Assembly: GCA_039802005.1 (NCBI GenBank)
Contig: JBDRVV010000013.1
Location: 1,385 to 65,384, forward strand
DNA length: 64,000 nucleotides
Source of the DNA: a candidate division WOR-3 bacterium
Lineage (GTDB): Bacteria; Hydrothermota; Tepidihabitantia; SM23-42; JAOAFX01
Direction of reading: 5' to 3'
Position numbers and translations under genes: made by a program. How positions within the stretch are numbered: the first letter of the stretch is position 1; each line of letters begins with the position of its first letter. Of the stretch, positions 59,476-64,000 are shown one piece after another. A model generated the notes under the pieces. The model was not told the origin of the DNA and did not search any database. It worked only from the letters and a program-made list of their open reading frames with translations.

Positions 59476-60462
59476 TTAGAAAATAATGATTTTTCCAAAA
59501 GTGTTTCTCATTACCGGCCAATATTTAAGCTCCATAATTTTTTCCATCGGGAGCAAAGATTGCAAAATGTTGAATCCGAGGGTCGCCAATTCCATGTCTC
59601 CGTTTTCTTGCAGGGCGACAATCAATCTGCTCAATCCTGATGCCTTATCCGGAGAAGCTCCAAGGATTGAAATTAGAAAACACTTTTTATCAATTTCATG
59701 CGGTAGTGTTGGTTTTGCCGACTCATCAAACCAAATCTTCCAATCAATGTCACAGTTACAGAAGGTCATAAATTCAATACCGAATGAACTACCCAAACGA
59801 CCTGTCGCCAGATGTTCAAATACTGGATCATAACTGGGAATATCTTTAATTAGTATTGAAAGTTTCTCCCAGTTTCTTGGATTAGGAAAATTTTGATTTT
59901 TATTGTCTAATTCTACATAGATTGCATTGGGTCGGGCATAGAGATAGGCAATAATTCGTGGGTCAATTTTACGCGGAATTGCATATTCATTTATCCATTC
60001 CATTGCCGATGGTGTATTGAGTTCAACCACTGAAAAACGGGAGATTAGAGCAGAACGTATCTGGGAAATGTAACCTTCTTTTAAGGAAAGGTTCCCTGCC
60101 GCAACTATCATCCAGGAAGGTGGAAGTGTGTATTCACCAAGTTGTCTATCAAGAATAAGCTGGTATGCTGCATTCTGGACTGCGGGTGGTGCAAGATTTA
60201 TTTCGTCCAGCATTAATATACCACCGTTATCTTGATTAGGCAAAAATTCAGGTATTGCCCAGCGGGTGATATTTCTCTCTTTATCAATATAGGGAAAACC
60301 ACGCAGATCAGTTGGGTCAAGGAGGGATAGATCCTCTTTTGGATTGCCCGAAAGAATAATATAATTATTATCATCCATTGGCTTATAGATATAGGGGTAC
60401 TTTTGTAGTATTTCCTGCAGAAACTTATCGTGTAAGATTTTAATTACCAGCCTTTCCTGCAT
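59476..60462 (-). CDS. MoxR-like (AAA_5) ATPase homolog lacking a canonical Walker A P-loop
   Basis: Walker B/sensor region ILMLDEINLAPPAVQNAAYQLILDRQ...MIVAAGN is typical of the MoxR/AAA_5 family. The N-terminal 90 aa carry no GxxxxGK[ST]. Strong AAGGAGGT RBS at the annotated ATG. Confidence 0.6.
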   Translation of the reverse strand: MQERLVIKILHDKFLQEILQKYPYIYKPMDDNNYIILSGNPKEDLSLLDPTDLRGFPYIDKERNITRWAIPEFLPNQDNGGILMLDEINLAPPAVQNAAYQLILDRQLGEYTLPPSWMIVAAGNLSLKEGYISQIRSALISRFSVVELNTPSAMEWINEYAIPRKIDPRIIAYLYARPNAIYVELDNKNQNFPNPRNWEKLSILIKDIPSYDPVFEHLATGRLGSSFGIEFMTFCNCDIDWKIWFDESAKPTLPHEIDKKCFLISILGASPDKASGLSRLIVALQENGDMELATLGFNILQSLLPMEKIMELKYWPVMRNTFGKIIIF

Positions 60463-61528
60463 ATTTTTTACCTCCTTTTATGTCCACCGATGTCCAGGCA
60501 TATAATGGTTTTATTTTAATGCCTGAACACCGGTCATTAAAGTGGATAATGTAGCCGTGGATATGCTGTGGGAGAATGTCATTTATTGATTATTCTTTAT
60601 CATGGAAATCAATATGTTATGCAGCAATATTACATAATATATTGTATTTCCTTTAGGGTGGTCACAATGTTTATCTTTGTGAAGTAATTATTGCCTTCGT
60701 TAACTCCGCACAATTTATTGACTTTTTAAAGGCATTGATAATTTCCATTTGCTAATTTTTTGACCCTTTCCAAAATTCTGGATATGTTTTAATTTATCTG
60801 GCATAAAAAATTTTATTTCATCAGCTGGATATTGGCAGAAAGACTAAATTCCAGCTTTCTGCTTCTCGCTAACATAATTGAAATATATCAATTTGCCAAT
60901 GTTTCGAATATTTCCTACTTGGGATTGATATTGCATGCATAACATATTGATATTAAAAAACCTGTGCCGCAAGCGGTCAATATCACTAATCCTGGTCAAG
61001 CACCGGAAAGTGAGTTGTTAAAGACCAAATCCCCCAACAGGGGATACAAAACATAAGGACAGCTGCTACTGACGATGCAGTAAACGGCTGAGATATGGTA
61101 TCTGATAATAATTATAACCCGCAACGAAAGGGGTAGGAGAGGTAGAGCTCGACATTAATCTCTAAATCACTGTTACTACCCCCCCCATATATTTTTATGC
61201 ATTCAACCTTGAGAGCGTTTCTAACGGTAGTCTTGGTCTAAAAGCGGTCTCGGGCTTCAAACAGCAGACTTTTGGTCAGAAGACCCATCATATATTATAA
61301 TCAAAATTTTCAAATCGTCAAGGGGTAAAATGCACTTTCGGACTAACCCCATGCATTTTCCTCAGTATACAGTATAATAGTAGCTATATATTATATTAGT
61401 TACTACATCCCACCAAGTATGGGTCACAATTCTAAAGCCGATGGATGGAAAAAAACAGGCAGATTGTCTTCTCTATTGACTTTTGCGTATTATTAAATAA
61501 ACTTAAGTAATATAAAGGAGTACAATAT

Positions 61529-62854
61529 ATGGCAAATTACTGGTACGGTTTAGTGATAAGGAACGATGTGAAAAATTATTGTATCAATAACGGTATATTA
61601 GTAGATAGAAAGGATAGTAAAGATCTTTATAAAGATGTTAGACCGGGTGATACGATATTCATTATCAAAAAATGGTACAATAGTAATGACTGTGAGATTT
61701 ATGGTCCATTTATTGCAAAGTCTGGTTTAGAAGAAAAACCAATACAAATTAGTAAACTTACTTTTGACCTGCAAATCAAGATTGAACCATTGGGTGAAAT
61801 CAGTAAAATTGAAATACCAGATAATGCAGATATCACAAAGGCTATTTTTCAAACAAATAAAAGGCAAATTGATGAAAAAATTGGGAGAGATATAGAAGAG
61901 CAATTACAACAAATAAGATTAGAGGCTCAAGAGAAATTTGGGCATAAACCCAGTTTGAAGTTTGAGGATGTAATTGGATTTGAGTATTTGAAAAAGAGAA
62001 TGAAAAAATTAATTAAAGATTATGAGCGAAAAGAGGCGTATAACCTTCAAATCGCACGCGGTTTTTTTCTATTCGGACCACCTGGAACAGGCAAAACAAT
62101 ATTTATTGATGCGGTTGCTAATGAGTTGGGGTGCGATACTTATCCCGAAATTACCCCGGCGGTAATTGCTGGTTTCCCGGGCGAAGCTGAGAAAAATTTA
62201 GAAAATATGCTGGATAGTTATTTCAAGAAATTTGAAAACGAAGGTATTGGCGTTATGTTTATTGACGAATGTGAATCACTATTTCCAGCACGTGCACAAA
62301 ATTATTCTTCGGTTATGGCGAGAATTGTGCCAACCCTGTTAAGAAAAATAGATAGATTGTTAAAGTATTATCCTCATGAGAAGATATTTATCTTCGCAGT
62401 AAGCAATCATCCTGAAGATGTTGATCCGGCATTCCTTCGCCCTGGAAGGTTTGCAGAAATATATTATGTAGGTTTACCGAAAGAAGAAAATATAAGAAAA
62501 CTCTTTAATTTCTATATCAGACAAAAAATGAATAGTGATACTTTTGACCAGGAGATTTTTAAAGATGATTGTAAAGAATTGTTGAAATTTTTAGAAGACA
62601 AAAGAAAATCATTGTGCAACAGAGATAACATACATCCCGAATTCGGTAGATTTTCGCCTGCCGATATTGAAAAAATTATCAAAGATGCGGCATTAGAAGC
62701 CCATTATCAAAATAGAAAGATGACTCTTCAGGATTTAAAAGAGGAGATAGAAAAAACAATGCCATCAATTACCAACGAAACCCTTATTGCCATGGAAGAC
62801 TTCAAAAAATCGCATCCTAACTGGAAAGACGCCGATACTGGAAATCAAGACTGA
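61529..62854 (+). CDS. Fusion of an N-terminal PUA-like (EVE/ASCH-like) domain and a classical AAA ATPase
   Basis: N-terminus MANYWYGLV...RPGDTIFII...IYGPFIAKSG is EVE-like. Walker A GPPGTGKT, Walker B MFIDECE, Arg finger PAFLRPGRFAE. Confidence 0.65.
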   Translation: MANYWYGLVIRNDVKNYCINNGILVDRKDSKDLYKDVRPGDTIFIIKKWYNSNDCEIYGPFIAKSGLEEKPIQISKLTFDLQIKIEPLGEISKIEIPDNADITKAIFQTNKRQIDEKIGRDIEEQLQQIRLEAQEKFGHKPSLKFEDVIGFEYLKKRMKKLIKDYERKEAYNLQIARGFFLFGPPGTGKTIFIDAVANELGCDTYPEITPAVIAGFPGEAEKNLENMLDSYFKKFENEGIGVMFIDECESLFPARAQNYSSVMARIVPTLLRKIDRLLKYYPHEKIFIFAVSNHPEDVDPAFLRPGRFAEIYYVGLPKEENIRKLFNFYIRQKMNSDTFDQEIFKDDCKELLKFLEDKRKSLCNRDNIHPEFGRFSPADIEKIIKDAALEAHYQNRKMTLQDLKEEIEKTMPSITNETLIAMEDFKKSHPNWKDADTGNQD

Positions 62855-63537
62855 GAGGAAACCTTACTTGAAATAATCACTTCATACATCTCTTTCAATC
62901 TTCGTGCCTTGAAATTGGTTGGCTTTTCGTAATGGATGTTGCTATACGAGGGATGAAATAATACAATCACTTTGAAATTTCTATTATCAAAATGCATATT
63001 GAATCCCTCTTCGGGCATTGAGTTGGCAATAGTATATATATTTGCCTTCCTTAGATTCTGTGGGAGATAATCGTTTATCCTGCGCAGGGTTTTTAAGGCA
63101 TGCTTACCATAAACCACGATATATTCAAGTTTTGGTAAAAGCATTATTTCATTTTTAAGATAATCAACGCAATACCTGTCACAGGTATGATATTTAAAAT
63201 ATTTTCTTTCATAAGGAATACATTTAACCGCCATTGTCCAGTAGACAAATTTATCTTCAGTGGGATTAAAAGGTCTGCCAATCATACGACAAATATCTTT
63301 TGTTACTTTACCCTTTTGCGCTATAGCTTTCTTTGTCAAATGTTGGAAAATCTCATCATAACTCAAACTATGATAATTTGGTGGTATTTCTTCAGAAAGG
63401 AATAATACCGAAACACAATCAAGTGAACGCTCCAGACGCTTGAACAAAAAAGGCTTAAAATGCTTGAATCTCGGGCATTGATCATTCTGACAGTTCATCA
63501 CACTATTATGTAAATCATTATAAGTTTTTAAGTCCAT
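62845..63537 (-). CDS. Uracil-DNA glycosylase superfamily (family 4-like) protein with a divergent motif A
   Basis: VYWTMAVKCIP (cf. NVVKCRPP) and HPSYSN (HPSPL motif B). N-terminal Cys pairs are consistent with an Fe-S cluster. Motif A reads LSEEIPP instead of GEGPG. Confidence 0.45.
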   Translation of the reverse strand: MDLKTYNDLHNSVMNCQNDQCPRFKHFKPFLFKRLERSLDCVSVLFLSEEIPPNYHSLSYDEIFQHLTKKAIAQKGKVTKDICRMIGRPFNPTEDKFVYWTMAVKCIPYERKYFKYHTCDRYCVDYLKNEIMLLPKLEYIVVYGKHALKTLRRINDYLPQNLRKANIYTIANSMPEEGFNMHFDNRNFKVIVLFHPSYSNIHYEKPTNFKARRLKEMYEVIISSKVSSQS

Positions 63538-63637
63538 TATACCACCTTAAATCAAAAATATTACGCCACCCGCCTTCCGCCATCCGCTAACTTTTCTCTG
63601 GCGGTAAGCGGAAAGCGAATAGCGGAAAGCGGACTCG

Positions 63638-64000
63638 GTCGCAATCCTTTATTCATCAAGGTAAGTTTTCAGACGCACCCCCTCACCCTTCCCTCTCCCC
63701 CTTGGGGAGAGGATTAAGGTGAGGGGCATCAAGGTAAGTTTTCAGACGGGGAGATTGCTTGAATCCGTTTCCCCTCGTCGTCGAAGAGTCGCAATCCTTT
63801 ATTCATCAAGGTAAGTTTTCAGACTGCACCCCCTCACCCTTCCCTCTCCCCCTTGGGGAGAGGATTAAGGTGAGGGGCATCAAGGTAAGTTTTCAGACTA
63901 CAGAATACATCTAAAATTTTAAGACAAGAATTTGAAAGGGTCGCAATCCTTTATTCATCAAGGTAAGTTTTCAGACAAAAGAATACATTGCCCAGTGGGG
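63638..64000. CRISPR. CRISPR-like array running off the window end: 37-bp repeat GTCGCAATCCTTTATTCATCAAGGTAAGTTTTCAGAC x3, 40/41-bp unique spacers, plus two copies of a 53-bp GC-rich palindrome each followed by the 3' 20 nt of the repeat
   Basis: Repeats at 63638-63674, 63788-63824, 63940-63976. Half-repeats at 63728-63747 and 63879-63898. Palindromes at 63675-63727 and 63825-63878. Confidence 0.5.

Noticed and set aside
60463-61528. tRNA, tmRNA, RNase P RNA or tracrRNA in the 1-kb ORF-free region
   Set aside because: There is no GGTTCGANTCC T-arm, no tmRNA tag or CCA-end features, no convincing RNase P conserved regions, and no anti-repeat complementary to the downstream CRISPR-like repeat.

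Overview
AT-rich bacterial contig, probably an anaerobe of the FCB superphylum: at least eight large secreted proteins end in a T9SS-type C-terminal sorting domain. Standard bacterial code; TGA is used as a stop. Housekeeping and metabolic content: a NuoH/NuoI-like operon end; class A PBP; MalK-like ABC ATPase; accD; asd; M23 peptidase; glgC/glgD; patatin; a citrate synthase + LeuCD-type hydro-lyase + icd operon; S8 protease; queF; panB; dNK; folK; and a minus-strand rhamnose/xylose cluster (rhaA, rhaB, rhaD, GH35, xylB, xylA, PMM). Accessory content worth a second look: (1) a Hanks kinase fused to a UvrD-like SF1 helicase, behind tandem palindromic repeats; (2) two paralogous BNR/T9SS surface-protein genes sharing ~0.9 kb of near-identical DNA, each with a homopolymer tract in its promoter spacer, flanking a radical-SAM/SPASM maturase translationally coupled to an unannotated 37-aa Cys-rich peptide (RiPP-like); (3) a T9SS cargo gene broken by an in-frame TGA; (4) a window-end island holding a frameshifted HEPN gene, a MoxR-like ATPase lacking a P-loop, a VWA+HExxH protein, a classical AAA gene, a 1.07-kb ORF-free region, a PUA-like-AAA fusion, a UDG-superfamily gene, and a CRISPR-like array with embedded palindromes and half-repeats. 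No tRNA or rRNA was recognised.
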